A stretch of 64,000 bases of DNA from an uncultured Planctomycetales bacterium (GTDB lineage: Bacteria; Omnitrophota; Gorgyraeia; Aquiviventales; Aquiviventaceae), in NCBI GenBank assembly GCA_964624155.1, contig CAZUWM010000002.1, positions 5,159 to 69,158 on the forward strand. The letters are read 5' to 3'. The translations under genes were made by a program, and so were the position numbers. Shown piece by piece: positions 41,439 through 53,415 of this stretch. Under the pieces are notes generated by a model that saw nothing but the letters and a program-made list of their open reading frames with translations, did no database searches and was not told the origin of the DNA. How positions within the stretch are numbered: position 1 is the first letter of the stretch; each line of letters opens with the position of its first letter.

Positions 41439-42221
41439 TTAAAGGGCTGCTCTCACCGAATCGCCTTCTCGAATCGACTCCTTTTTGGATTGCGGCAGGA
41501 TCGCCGCGGCCGAGAGCTCGTCATAAATCTTTTCGACCTTCACCCGCCCGAGTATTTGGTTGTCGCGAACCACCTGGAATTCCTGACCAAGCGCCAGGCC
41601 GTGATTCTTGCCCAGGTTCATGACCACGAAGTCGTACTCTCGATTGACCACGACCACCTGCCCCGCCGACGCTCCAGCCGCCCCGCCATCCGTCACGACA
41701 ACGGTTTCCAACTCAACGGTGGGTTGGGCTTGCGAAAGCTCTAAGACCTTGTCTTCTAATTCCGTTTTGGCGGTCTCTGTCTGGTTGAGTTGGGCTTGGA
41801 GGGTCTTTTGCTGTTCGGTGAGCTGCGCAATCCGTTGGGTGAGCTGGGTGCGCTCCGCCCTGACTTGTTCGAGATCTTTGCTCAATCGATCGACCTCTTC
41901 CTGGCGCCCCTCCACAGCCTTCGCCAGTTCGTCTTTCGCTTTTTGCTCCTCGGCCAACTGCTCAACGGTCTGCTGGAGGTTGGTTTTGGCCTCGGTGAGT
42001 TCCCCTTCAAGTTGCTCTTTGAGGCTTGTCACTTCAGCAAGTTGGTCCTGCAGCGTCGTGTTCTCGGCTTTGACGAGGCGCAGCTCCTTTTCTCGTGCGA
42101 GGCGCACCGCCCGCTCTTGCATCTGGAAAAAGACCGCCACCCCGGCGCCGGCGATGGAGAGCAACGTGAAGATCCCTAAGACAATGATGGCGACTTTGCC
42201 GCTGAATGGGTGAGAGGTCAT
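41439..42221 (-). CDS. Membrane-anchored coiled-coil protein with conserved C-terminal beta-rich domain (paralog of 60246..61400)
   Basis: TM (VAIIVLGIFTLLSIAGAGVAVFF), ~170 aa heptad coiled coil, C-terminal FVVMNLGKNHGLALGQEFQVVRD... Confidence 0.5.
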   Translation of the reverse strand: MTSHPFSGKVAIIVLGIFTLLSIAGAGVAVFFQMQERAVRLAREKELRLVKAENTTLQDQLAEVTSLKEQLEGELTEAKTNLQQTVEQLAEEQKAKDELAKAVEGRQEEVDRLSKDLEQVRAERTQLTQRIAQLTEQQKTLQAQLNQTETAKTELEDKVLELSQAQPTVELETVVVTDGGAAGASAGQVVVVNREYDFVVMNLGKNHGLALGQEFQVVRDNQILGRVKVEKIYDELSAAAILPQSKKESIREGDSVRAAL

Positions 42222-42289
42222 CGAATGTGTGCCTCCTTTTCTATATGCCAGGAGCCTATCATACAGGGTGATGACTGTCAACTTGTGGC

Positions 42290-44301
<2,012 letters not shown>

Positions 44302-44434
44302 CTCGTCGGTCAGCGAGGTGAGCGCCCAAGAGGGCGAAGGGTGGACGATCTTCGTGGCTAGTGGTTCGACAACTTCGATTTGATGAGTTGCTCACCACTC
44401 GTGCTGAGCATCAGTCGAAGCACTCGTGCTGATG

Positions 44435-45382
44435 TTAGTGGACCGCCATCGGCAGGAAATCCGTACACCCGAAGACCCCGAAGATCCCATGGGTCTTCAA
44501 CCAGCACCCCCGCTTCAGATAGCCGAGGGCCGGCCCGATGACGTTGGCCGCCATGGAGGTGTCATCGCCCAAGATGAACGTGTGGCTGGAGCGTTTGCCT
44601 TCAAAGGTGATGCCCGTCAAGGTCATGGTAGTTGACACCGGCTTGTTCGGATGCCGCGTATCCATCACCCCGCCGACTTCGACCTGATCCTGCGAGTCGA
44701 CCACCCCGGCTCGCTCCAGTAAGATGTCATCGGCATGTTCCATGTGATGGAGCTCCAGCAAGCCGCCGGTGCGGTCCAGAAACGCCTCCACCTCTTGATC
44801 CGTCATCGCCTTCGCGCGCTCGACGGAGTAGCCGGGGACATGGGCGATGTCTTCGCGAATCGTGGCCTTATACGCCTCCCAATTGGCGATGCCCACCCCC
44901 CACCAGATATCAACCCGTTCCACCGTGATGAACGACTGAGCCGCCAACGCGGCAGCCGCAGTCAAGAGTCCGGGGGTGGCCCCGCAGCCCGTCAGGACGA
45001 TGCTCTGGGTTTCTTTCGCCAGCGGATCGAGCGCAAACATCTGGGCGACCGCCGCCGTGCGTTTCAACACATCGACGAGAACAACCTGAGGCCGCCGTCG
45101 GATGAATTGCTGGACGACGCCGGGAATGAACTCGTTGGGTAGATTCGGCAACGTCACCAGCACGGCGTCAATCGTACCGTCCCACTCAGCAACGGCCTTG
45201 AGGGAATCGTCACACGGGACGTCTAAGGCAAGGTGGTCACAGGAGAGACCTTCCGACGAGGCGACGAAGCCTTTGCTGTCGCAGATCGCGACCAGCTGCA
45301 GTTCCCGCTTCAGGCCGATGATGCGGCACGCCGCCCGTCCCAGCCCACCGGCTCCCAGCACCGCCACTCGTATCGGTTCCAC
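44435..45382 (-). CDS. NAD(P)-binding Rossmann-fold oxidoreductase (saccharopine/homoserine dehydrogenase-like); specific function unknown
   Basis: N-terminal VAVLGAGGLGRA dinucleotide-binding motif; 315 aa. Confidence 0.45.
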   Translation of the reverse strand: MEPIRVAVLGAGGLGRAACRIIGLKRELQLVAICDSKGFVASSEGLSCDHLALDVPCDDSLKAVAEWDGTIDAVLVTLPNLPNEFIPGVVQQFIRRRPQVVLVDVLKRTAAVAQMFALDPLAKETQSIVLTGCGATPGLLTAAAALAAQSFITVERVDIWWGVGIANWEAYKATIREDIAHVPGYSVERAKAMTDQEVEAFLDRTGGLLELHHMEHADDILLERAGVVDSQDQVEVGGVMDTRHPNKPVSTTMTLTGITFEGKRSSHTFILGDDTSMAANVIGPALGYLKRGCWLKTHGIFGVFGCTDFLPMAVH

Positions 45383-45387
45383 GTCTG

Positions 45388-46389
45388 CTACCTCTCAAGC
45401 CAGGTCTGGCGACAGGATTGCCGTTCCACGAGTTCCGTCGGCAAGAGCAGCTTGGTCGGCATCCGTTTCTTCCCACGCACGTACGGCAACAACGTTTCAA
45501 AGCCCAAGCGTCCCATCTCATCCAAGGCCTGCCGAACCGTCGTCAGGGGAATGCGAGCCTGTGAGGCAATCGGATTGTCGTCAAACCCCACGATCGACAG
45601 CTCCTCCGGAACCCGGACGTTCTTGGCCAGCGCCACATTGATCGTTTCCAACGCCATGTCATCGCTGGCGACAAAGATCGCGGTCGGAGGGTGCTTCAAG
45701 GCCAGCAAGACCTCAGCGGCTTTCCTGGCACTCGGGAGCCCAAAATCTCCGTATTGAATGTAGCCATCAGGCAGGGGGAGTTTGCGCGCCTTCATGGCGT
45801 TGACAAATCCGTCCAGCCGGTCCAATCCGGCCTGGGTTTTGAGATCTCCGGTCATCGTGGCAATCTCTTTGTGCCCCAGCTTGACGAGGTAGTCGACGAC
45901 GCGCTGAGCCCCCAGGCGATTGTCGATCGCCACACAGTTGACCGGAAGATCTTCCAGGTAGTGATTCAAGACCATCGTCGGAATGCCCTCGTCGATGGCG
46001 TGGTCCAACAATTCCTCACAGCCGTACACATCGACAAACACCAGCCCGTCAATCGCCCCGGACGGAAGCGTCTTTCCATCGGTGATGTGCAGCAGCAGAT
46101 CGAAGCGCGAACGCTCCGCGGCAATCCCAATCCCTTTGATGACCTGCATCGCGAAGTAGGAGTGGAAGATGCCTTCGAAGCGCGGGATGAGGAGTCCGAT
46201 CGTGTTGGTCCGTCCTGCGGCCAGGTGTTGCGCGCTCGGGTTGGGACGGTACTTGAGTGTCTTGATCGCCTCCACCACGCGCCGACGATTATCCTCGGAG
46301 ACCGTCGGCACGGCGTTGATCACGCGCGAGACCGTCGTGGTGGAAACCCCGGCGGTGTGGGCGACATCGGCAATGCTCATTTTCTTCAT
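45388..46389 (-). CDS. LacI-family transcriptional regulator
   Basis: N-terminal HTH MKKMSIADVAHTAGVSTTTVSRVIN, periplasmic-binding-protein-like sugar-binding core. Confidence 0.85.
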   Translation of the reverse strand: MKKMSIADVAHTAGVSTTTVSRVINAVPTVSEDNRRRVVEAIKTLKYRPNPSAQHLAAGRTNTIGLLIPRFEGIFHSYFAMQVIKGIGIAAERSRFDLLLHITDGKTLPSGAIDGLVFVDVYGCEELLDHAIDEGIPTMVLNHYLEDLPVNCVAIDNRLGAQRVVDYLVKLGHKEIATMTGDLKTQAGLDRLDGFVNAMKARKLPLPDGYIQYGDFGLPSARKAAEVLLALKHPPTAIFVASDDMALETINVALAKNVRVPEELSIVGFDDNPIASQARIPLTTVRQALDEMGRLGFETLLPYVRGKKRMPTKLLLPTELVERQSCRQTWLER

Positions 46390-46390
46390 A

Positions 46391-46500
46391 TCACAGATAC
46401 CACAGATGCACAGCACCACAGATAGCACAGATAAAGCACAGAATCTGTGGAACAGTTATCTGTGTCATCTGTGGAAGGTTCTGTGTCATCTGTGGTGTGT
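46391..46500. repeat. Large palindromic array: CACAGAT x5-6 / ATCTGTG x5, centred on cacagaatctgtg
   Basis: Between LacI start and secretin A stop. Confidence 0.85.
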
Positions 46501-46511
46501 TTTGCGAGGGC

Positions 46512-48065
46512 TCAGTTCTTCACAGAGGCGAGATGGGCACCGGTGGGATTGACGAGCTGGGCGGTGACGAAAATCAACAAGTTGGAACGCTCCACGGAAT
46601 CATCCTCCTTGCGAAACAGCGACCCGATGATCGGCATCGACCCCAGCACAGGCACTTGGGTCCTGGTCTTCGTCGTCGTGTCCTTCATCAGCCCTCCGAG
46701 CACGACGGTCTGGCCATTGTCGATCACCACGGTGGTTTCCAGGTTGCGGGTGGTAAATCGCGGCAGCGACACCTCTCCCCCAAATGTGTCGTCAGTTTTC
46801 TTTTCGCTCACTTCGGGCTTGAGCGCCAGGGTGATCGTCTTCAGATCTTGCCCCACGCTGGGTGTCACCCGCAACAAAATACCCAGGTCTTTGGTTTGAA
46901 AGTCTTGCGGCACTTGGATGAAGCGCGTCTCCCGTACCCCCGCTGAGGAGACGTCGTTGAAATCCCCATCTTTATTGAGATCCTCCCGTTTGACTGACGC
47001 TTCATAGCGGCTGGCGTAGACAAATTCCGTGACCACCTTGATGGCGGCGGTCTGGTTGTTGAGCGTCGTCACCCGAGGCGCCGACAGGGTCTTGGTTTTC
47101 TTGTTCTGGGTCAGCGCATGCAGGACCGCGGAATATTGCGTGCCGGTCAGGATGCCCTGGAAGGTGAGGTTCAGCGCGTTACCCGAGGTCTGATTGGCGA
47201 AATCGCTGAAGGCGATTTTCGTCCCGCGCTTGAGGGTTGGTCCCGTCGTGGCGAGCTGAACCTCGGGACCTTTTTTCACCACCAGATTCTCGGTGAGCTG
47301 CTCATCAAACCCCCACTCAAAGGTGTCCGTCAAGGTCAACTCAATAAAGCGGGCTTCGATCATCACTTGAATCGGCTCAACGTCCAGTTGGACCAGCAAC
47401 CGCTCGACTTGCTCGAGGTAGTACGGCACGTGCGCGACGATGAGCGCACCGCTGCGCTCATCGAGCAGGAAGGTGCTGTCTCCCACCTGGGGAATCACCT
47501 CAGTCAGGATATCCTTGACCGTTTTGAGTTCTTTGACGCCGGTGCCTTGCAACGCCACGCTCTCGCGCACATCCGCCAGCGGCTCAAAGGCGGCTTTCAA
47601 CGCCAACCCCTGCTTCAGATAGTACACCCGTGTATCGAGGGCTTCGGCTTCCATCTCATCGCGGCTGGCAATCCAGATGGTTTCACCATCCAACCGGTAC
47701 AGCAGTCCTTGGCCTTTGAGCAGGTAATCCAGCACGCGAGACAGGGGCATCTCCACGAGATGCATCGTCACCGGCTTGCCCGTCGTCTTGGCTTGCTCGG
47801 AGAGCACGATGTTCACCCCGCCTCCTTCGGACAGGAAGTCCATCGCCGCACTGAAATCGACTTCCTGGAAATCGGCGGTGACGGGTTGGTTCAACCGATC
47901 TCGAATGGTTTGTACGCTGACCGTGGTGGCCACCGGCGTAGAAGGCTCCGTCACCCCCGCCCACGTCGGGCTGGCAATGACCAAGAGGCACAGACCCGCC
48001 ACACCGGGATGTTGCGTGACTCTCCACTTCGCCAGGGTTGAACCCATTAACTTTTGGGGAGTCAT
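46512..48065 (-). CDS. Secretin (GspD/PilQ family), paralog A
   Basis: Signal peptide, N0 domain, secretin C-domain (RVTTLNNQTAAIKVV..., VPVLGSMPIIGSLFRKEDDSVERSNLLIFVTAQLV). Confidence 0.8.
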   Translation of the reverse strand: MTPQKLMGSTLAKWRVTQHPGVAGLCLLVIASPTWAGVTEPSTPVATTVSVQTIRDRLNQPVTADFQEVDFSAAMDFLSEGGGVNIVLSEQAKTTGKPVTMHLVEMPLSRVLDYLLKGQGLLYRLDGETIWIASRDEMEAEALDTRVYYLKQGLALKAAFEPLADVRESVALQGTGVKELKTVKDILTEVIPQVGDSTFLLDERSGALIVAHVPYYLEQVERLLVQLDVEPIQVMIEARFIELTLTDTFEWGFDEQLTENLVVKKGPEVQLATTGPTLKRGTKIAFSDFANQTSGNALNLTFQGILTGTQYSAVLHALTQNKKTKTLSAPRVTTLNNQTAAIKVVTEFVYASRYEASVKREDLNKDGDFNDVSSAGVRETRFIQVPQDFQTKDLGILLRVTPSVGQDLKTITLALKPEVSEKKTDDTFGGEVSLPRFTTRNLETTVVIDNGQTVVLGGLMKDTTTKTRTQVPVLGSMPIIGSLFRKEDDSVERSNLLIFVTAQLVNPTGAHLASVKN

Positions 48066-50398
48066 GTGACTGGGCCGCGGGAAGCGATAATCCGCGCGGT
48101 GATGAAGATGACGAGATTCTTGCGAGTGACCGTCTCGTCCTTCTGACGGAAGAGCGGCCCCACGAGCGGCAGGTCGCCGAAGAACGGCACTTTGGTCACG
48201 GTGGTGGACCGCGTGTCTTTCATGAGTCCGCCCAGCACCACGGTTTCGCCGTCATGAATCACCACACTGGTCGTCAGTTGGCTGGAGGTGAATTCCGGCA
48301 CCGTCACCCCGCCCCCCAGATCGCGGAACTGACTGAACGAGCTGACCTCCGGCACGAGGACCAAGGTCATCGTCTTCAGGTCCTTGCCGACGCTTGGGGT
48401 CACGTTGAGGAGGATGCCGACGTCCCGTTTTTGAATGTCTTGCGGGACGTTCACAAACTCGGTTTCCCCGGCATCGTCAAAATCCCCGTCGCCGTTGGTA
48501 TCAAATTGGACGAGCGAGACCTCGTAACGGGTGGGATAGCGGAATTCATCGACCACTTTGATCGTCGCGGGTTTATTGTTCAAGGTGGTCACGCGGGGGG
48601 CGGAGAGGGTCTTGCTCTTCTTGCTTTCCTCCAAGACATGGAGGACGGCCTCAAACTTCGCCGCGGTCATGACGCCTTGCAGGGTCAAATTCACTCCTTC
48701 GTCCTCGCGGCTCAGGGCGGGAAACTTAAAACCGCCTCCTGTGGCAATCTGATTGCCGCCCGTACGGCCGGGCGGGGTCGCCTGGTTGGGACGCGTGTCG
48801 GTCCGCTTGGTCAGATCATACGCATCCGTCAGCACCATTTCCAATCCGAGGTGCTCCAGATCCGTCATCGTGAGTTCGATCACTCGCGCTTCAATCAGGA
48901 CTTGAATCGGGGTGACGTCCAGTTGACTCAGCAGGTGTTCGGTCAATTGCAAGTTCTCCCCCGTGTTCGTGATAATCAAGGCGCCGATGCGTTCATCAAC
49001 GACCAATTTGCTGTCGGGCGGCTGGGGGACGGTTTGCGTAATCAGGTCTTTGATCGACTCCATTTGTATGAGTGGGCTCTGCTCGACCGCCGACACCTCC
49101 AAGGCTGAGGGACTGAAACCGCTGCGCAGGAAGAAGACACGGGTTGCCATCGGCTGATTCTCGAATTCTTCCTTGGTGGCCAGCAGGACCGCGTCCTGCT
49201 CGATGCGATAGGAAAGCGTGAGGCTTTTGGCCAAGTATTTGATCGCGTGCTCCAACGGCAGATCGTTAACCTTAATGGAAACAAGCTGCGTCTTGAGGTC
49301 CAACTGCGGGGAGGGGATGATGCTGATCCCCGCGCCATCCGCGATAAAGTCCACCACGTCCCCCAGGGCGACCTCGCTGAAATCCAAGCTGATGGGCTGT
49401 TGGAGCTTGGCGCTGAATTGCTCGCTCGCTCCATAGGGACTCGGCGGGGAGACGAGCCCGACGGTCTTGGCCTCCGGCACGACTTGCGCCTTGAGGACGT
49501 CGTGGATCATCTGGCGCTCATCCATCACAACGCGGCGCTCCAGCCGATCCTGCTCCTCCGTCAGCTTGGCGTCCTGCACCTGTTCCATCAACCGCTGGGC
49601 CGCTCGGTCCGAGGGGTCCTGGACCAAAATTTTCGTCAGCAGTTTCGTCGCCGTGTCATACTGGCGCTCGGCCAAGGCCACTTTGGCGTATTTCATGGCG
49701 GTCTCGAGCTCGATCCGTTTCTCCACCAACAACTGCTCCAACTGGGACACCACCGCTCCCTCGCCAGGTGCCGCCGTGGGAGCTCTGGCGGTGGTCCGCG
49801 CCTGATCTTCATAGCGCTTCAATTCCACCCGCGTGACGAGACGATCCGCCGCTTTGACGAGCGGATGGGAGGGATCGACGAGAGCCATCTGTTGCAGCAC
49901 GGAGATGGCGTCGGTGTACCGTCCTTGTTGATACAAGGCCAGCCCTCGGTGATACAACTCTTTGAGCTGACGCTCCCGGGCGAGTTGGATTTGACGTTGG
50001 GCTTCCCGACTTTTCTCGACGCGCTCTCGGACTTTCTCGCGCACCAGCTTCTCAGCCACTTCGGCGGCCTCGCGGCGAACCCCAGGCGCGCTCAGGACTC
50101 GAGCAGGACGGGTTTTGGAGACGTGTTCGGCGGATTGTTTTTCGCGAATCAGCGCTTCGGCGAGGGCGTTGGCTTGGGCTTGGAGGCGCGCGCAACGCTC
50201 GGCCTCTTCCCCGGTGAGGCCGGCACACGGCGAGCTTGTGGTGAGCGAAGTCGAACCAGAGGATGATTCGGCAGGAGGGACTGGCGTGAAGGACCACGTC
50301 GCGAGCGCACTCGCAAGGAGGACGCTCACCCACGACCGCAAGCGACGCCTCGACATGGTTTCATCGTAACCAACTGTCCCCGTGCTGTCAAGCGTCAT
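48062..50398 (-). CDS. Secretin (GspD/PilQ family), paralog B with ~400-aa coiled-coil/TPR-like N-terminal extension
   Basis: Same secretin core (RVTTLNNKPATIKVV..., VPFFGDLPLVGPLFRQKDETVTRKNLVIFITARII); ATGA-type overlap with paralog A. Confidence 0.8.
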   Translation of the reverse strand: MTLDSTGTVGYDETMSRRRLRSWVSVLLASALATWSFTPVPPAESSSGSTSLTTSSPCAGLTGEEAERCARLQAQANALAEALIREKQSAEHVSKTRPARVLSAPGVRREAAEVAEKLVREKVRERVEKSREAQRQIQLARERQLKELYHRGLALYQQGRYTDAISVLQQMALVDPSHPLVKAADRLVTRVELKRYEDQARTTARAPTAAPGEGAVVSQLEQLLVEKRIELETAMKYAKVALAERQYDTATKLLTKILVQDPSDRAAQRLMEQVQDAKLTEEQDRLERRVVMDERQMIHDVLKAQVVPEAKTVGLVSPPSPYGASEQFSAKLQQPISLDFSEVALGDVVDFIADGAGISIIPSPQLDLKTQLVSIKVNDLPLEHAIKYLAKSLTLSYRIEQDAVLLATKEEFENQPMATRVFFLRSGFSPSALEVSAVEQSPLIQMESIKDLITQTVPQPPDSKLVVDERIGALIITNTGENLQLTEHLLSQLDVTPIQVLIEARVIELTMTDLEHLGLEMVLTDAYDLTKRTDTRPNQATPPGRTGGNQIATGGGFKFPALSREDEGVNLTLQGVMTAAKFEAVLHVLEESKKSKTLSAPRVTTLNNKPATIKVVDEFRYPTRYEVSLVQFDTNGDGDFDDAGETEFVNVPQDIQKRDVGILLNVTPSVGKDLKTMTLVLVPEVSSFSQFRDLGGGVTVPEFTSSQLTTSVVIHDGETVVLGGLMKDTRSTTVTKVPFFGDLPLVGPLFRQKDETVTRKNLVIFITARIIASRGPVT

Positions 50399-50466
50399 TC
50401 ACAGATGACACCGATACACATGCCACAGATGACACAGATTAATTCTCTCTTCTGCGCTCTGTGGTG
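50396..50466. repeat. CACAGAT x3 with partial CTCTGTG partner
   Basis: secretin B start / PilP-like end junction. Confidence 0.7.
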
Positions 50467-50963
50467 GCCTTCGAGGCGAGCGGCAGGCGCACTTCTTCCT
50501 TCGTATCCAGCTTCAACAACACCACCTGATCTTCCGTAATCTCCACCACTTGAAAACCAACGACTTCCTGGCCGGCCTGCACGAAAAAGGTCTTTTTCTG
50601 TTGGCGATCCTCCAGAATCCCGCGCTGTTTGGTGCCCATCACCACGCGTCCTTTGAACACGAATTGCGGAGGGAGGGGTTGCTGCGGCGTCGCGCCCGCC
50701 TCCTCGGCCGGTTTCGGAACGTGGCGGCGCTGGCGACTGAATGGATTGGCTTGCAGCGCCTTCTGCAAGGTTTCCGGGTCGGTTTCCGAGGGCGGCTTCA
50801 AAGGTTCAGGTGTCGGAAACAATTCTTGGACATGTTCCCATCGTTCAGCCACCACGGAGGGAGGTTGACGGGCCCGCATCGTCTGCTGCCAATTCCACGC
50901 GACAAGCGAGAGCGCCACGAACACGACCGCCGTGACCATCGCTTCGAGCGGCGAACCTTTCAT
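50439..50963 (-). CDS. PilP/GspC-like secretin-interacting protein
   Basis: N-terminal TM, Pro-rich linker, C-terminal beta domain resembling PilP of locus 1 (...HEDQVVL...). Confidence 0.5.
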   Translation of the reverse strand: MKGSPLEAMVTAVVFVALSLVAWNWQQTMRARQPPSVVAERWEHVQELFPTPEPLKPPSETDPETLQKALQANPFSRQRRHVPKPAEEAGATPQQPLPPQFVFKGRVVMGTKQRGILEDRQQKKTFFVQAGQEVVGFQVVEITEDQVVLLKLDTKEEVRLPLASKATTERRREN

Positions 50964-51029
50964 CGTGATAAGAAATTGTGACGTATCGCCTTCTTTGCCT
51001 TCTCCATCTTCTTGCCCTCTGAAGCCTTC

Positions 51030-51839
51030 TTACGTTTTCTTCGCTTTACCGGAATCTTTCTTCTTGTCGAGCTCATCTTCAGTGGTGGGGAGTTTCGGAG
51101 CGGTGACGAAATAGCGGGCCACGACCAGCTCCACCGCCAAAGGCTTCGCCTCTTCCCCGCTCTCCGTCGAGGTGGTCGTCACCCGCAGACCCTGCAGGTC
51201 GACCAGCGGGTCGGCCCGATCGAAGGCGTTGAGCACTTTGGTCAAGACGTCAATCGGACAGCTCAGGCGAATGCGAACCGGCAGTTGCGTCAGAAACACG
51301 TCCTGCTCTTCAGCGAGCACCACCGGCTGAGGATCCTCCACCTTGAACGACTCAACGGACGCAACCCCCGGCACGGACATGACCACCTCCGCCGCCTGCT
51401 CGATCAACCCGACCTGCACGAGAAAGCGCGGAACGGCTTCCGGAGGGGGAAGATCTTTAGGAAATCCCAATTGCGTCGGGGCCGTCATGTTTCGAGCGGT
51501 CGCCAGCCGTTCGATGGTGCGCTGGACGGCATGGCTACGTTCTTGGAAGAGCAGTTGGGTGTCGGTCTGTTGGTCACCCAGCTGGAGGGGCGGAGCCATC
51601 CGCGCCAACGCCGTGTCGTACTGCGCCTCCAGCGCCTTCGTCCGCCGTTTGAGGTAGTCAACCACCTGGGGATTCGGTGGGAGTTGATCGCTGACATGGA
51701 GGTTCTTCAACGCCGCTTTCTTCGCCTTGATCTCTTGATCGAGCGCCTGGAGTCGAACCCGCCACACCGCAAAGGCTCCCACCGTCGCCGCGACCATGAG
51801 CAGCAACACGAGTTGTCCTAGATTGGTCTGTCGGGCCAT
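51030..51839 (-). CDS. GspM/PilO-like inner-membrane assembly protein
   Basis: TM + coiled coil + ferredoxin-like C-domain topology; follows GspL-like gene. Confidence 0.5.
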   Translation of the reverse strand: MARQTNLGQLVLLLMVAATVGAFAVWRVRLQALDQEIKAKKAALKNLHVSDQLPPNPQVVDYLKRRTKALEAQYDTALARMAPPLQLGDQQTDTQLLFQERSHAVQRTIERLATARNMTAPTQLGFPKDLPPPEAVPRFLVQVGLIEQAAEVVMSVPGVASVESFKVEDPQPVVLAEEQDVFLTQLPVRIRLSCPIDVLTKVLNAFDRADPLVDLQGLRVTTTSTESGEEAKPLAVELVVARYFVTAPKLPTTEDELDKKKDSGKAKKT

Positions 51840-53384
51840 TTATTTCTTCTTCGATTTTTTGGAGGATTTCGCCGGCGCGGATTTCCCCTTGGCCGAATCC
51901 TCCGCGACACTCGGCGTCGTCGAAGAGGCGTCCAAGAGCCGTTGGACTTGAATGGCAAACGCCACGACCTCCGTCTTCGTCGTTGGATCGGTCATGACGT
52001 TCGTCGCCTGGGGCTTGACCGTCATCCATTCAGGTTCGGCTTTCAAGCGATCGATGAACTGCGTCACACCCTGAAACGATTGCGCGAACCCCTCGAGCGT
52101 GCCGCTGATGTGCGGAAGGCTTTTGGTCAATTCGAGCATGGTCAGCCAGAGACTGTCCGGCAACGTCTCGGTGATCTGGACGAACGAACGGGTCATCCGG
52201 TCGTGGGTGCGCGCGAGAGACTCCAATTGCATGAGTCGATACTCCAGGTGGGCCTGGTGTCTCCGGATCGTCCGGACCTCCGGTCGAAGGAGCTGATACG
52301 AGTGCTCCTCTTTACGATAGGCTTCCACCACGGCCTGGCGAGATCGCAAGGACGTCAAGATCCCCTGGGCGCTCCACCCTGCGGCCATGAGTGCCGCCAC
52401 CAATCCGATGAGCTGGGAACCGCGGCGCAGGCGAGCCACGCGACGGGCACGCAGAATCTGGTCCACCAGATTCAACGAAAGCCGCGCGGTCCCCGCGGCC
52501 TGTAAGGCCAGCCCGCAGGTGGCCACGAAATCCTCCGCCCCGACGTCCGCCGTGGGGCGAGCAATCGTCTCTGTGGAAAGCGAGTGGACGGGACACCCGA
52601 TCGCGCGTTGGAGCGACGCTCCAAACGAGGATCGGCTCTCCGTGCTGCCGACGAGCCAGATGGATGGCGAAGCAGACAACGTCACTGCGGAGGTCTCCAG
52701 ATGTTTCTGCAATCCTTCCCACGAGCTCTTCAGCCACGTCACCGTCTGATCCTGATCCGCTGTCGACGGAAGGAGGCTGGGAAAGACATAGAGGCCGTTC
52801 GAGGCAATGATGATCCACTCCAACACCCGCCCGTCGAGCCGCACGACCAGACCCGCTCCAACAGCCGTCGGGGCGGACTGCAGCCAGGCATTCGCCACGG
52901 CCACCGCATTCACCTGGACGCCGCTCACCGCAACGCCCGCTCGCTGGCAAGCCGTAAGTCGCTCCTGGAGCACGGAGTGTTTGACAGCCGCCACCACCGC
53001 GGCCCCACCCACGCTACCGGATGGAGACGCCGAGGATTTTGATTGTCCATTGAGCGAGAGCCATTGGTAGTGCCAGACCGTCTGCGCCGCGTCATAGGGC
53101 AGGTGTTGCTGGAGTTCGAATCCCACCGCCAAATTCGCCCGAGCGCGATGGACAACGAGCGGCTGCACCGTCGTGACAATGGCGGAGGTCGTCGGCAACC
53201 CCAGCACCACCGGGGATTTGATGGGTAGCGTCCTGCGGACGTATTGGATGGCGCGCAGCAAATCAGGCCCTGAGGTGCCTCCCCAGGGCGCATGGGTGGC
53301 GGCGAGAAGTCGTGGAGGTTTCGTGCGAGGATCAAGGAGGACGGCGCGGACCGCCGCCGTCCCCAACTCCAGACCAACACTCAT
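51840..53384 (-). CDS. GspL-like protein (PilM-type actin-like domain fused to PilN-like TM/periplasmic domain)
   Basis: Internal Met MSVGLELGTAAVRAVLL (actin-like phosphate-1), central TM, PilN-like C-terminus, Lys-rich tail. Confidence 0.6.
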   Translation of the reverse strand: MSVGLELGTAAVRAVLLDPRTKPPRLLAATHAPWGGTSGPDLLRAIQYVRRTLPIKSPVVLGLPTTSAIVTTVQPLVVHRARANLAVGFELQQHLPYDAAQTVWHYQWLSLNGQSKSSASPSGSVGGAAVVAAVKHSVLQERLTACQRAGVAVSGVQVNAVAVANAWLQSAPTAVGAGLVVRLDGRVLEWIIIASNGLYVFPSLLPSTADQDQTVTWLKSSWEGLQKHLETSAVTLSASPSIWLVGSTESRSSFGASLQRAIGCPVHSLSTETIARPTADVGAEDFVATCGLALQAAGTARLSLNLVDQILRARRVARLRRGSQLIGLVAALMAAGWSAQGILTSLRSRQAVVEAYRKEEHSYQLLRPEVRTIRRHQAHLEYRLMQLESLARTHDRMTRSFVQITETLPDSLWLTMLELTKSLPHISGTLEGFAQSFQGVTQFIDRLKAEPEWMTVKPQATNVMTDPTTKTEVVAFAIQVQRLLDASSTTPSVAEDSAKGKSAPAKSSKKSKKK

Positions 53385-53390
53385 GAGGAT

Positions 53391-53415
53391 GATTTCACTG
53401 TGTAATCTGTGTTCC
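53391..53415. repeat. ATCTGTG-type short cluster
   Basis: cactgtgtaatctgtgttcc; GspL-like start / Ig-like end. Confidence 0.6.
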
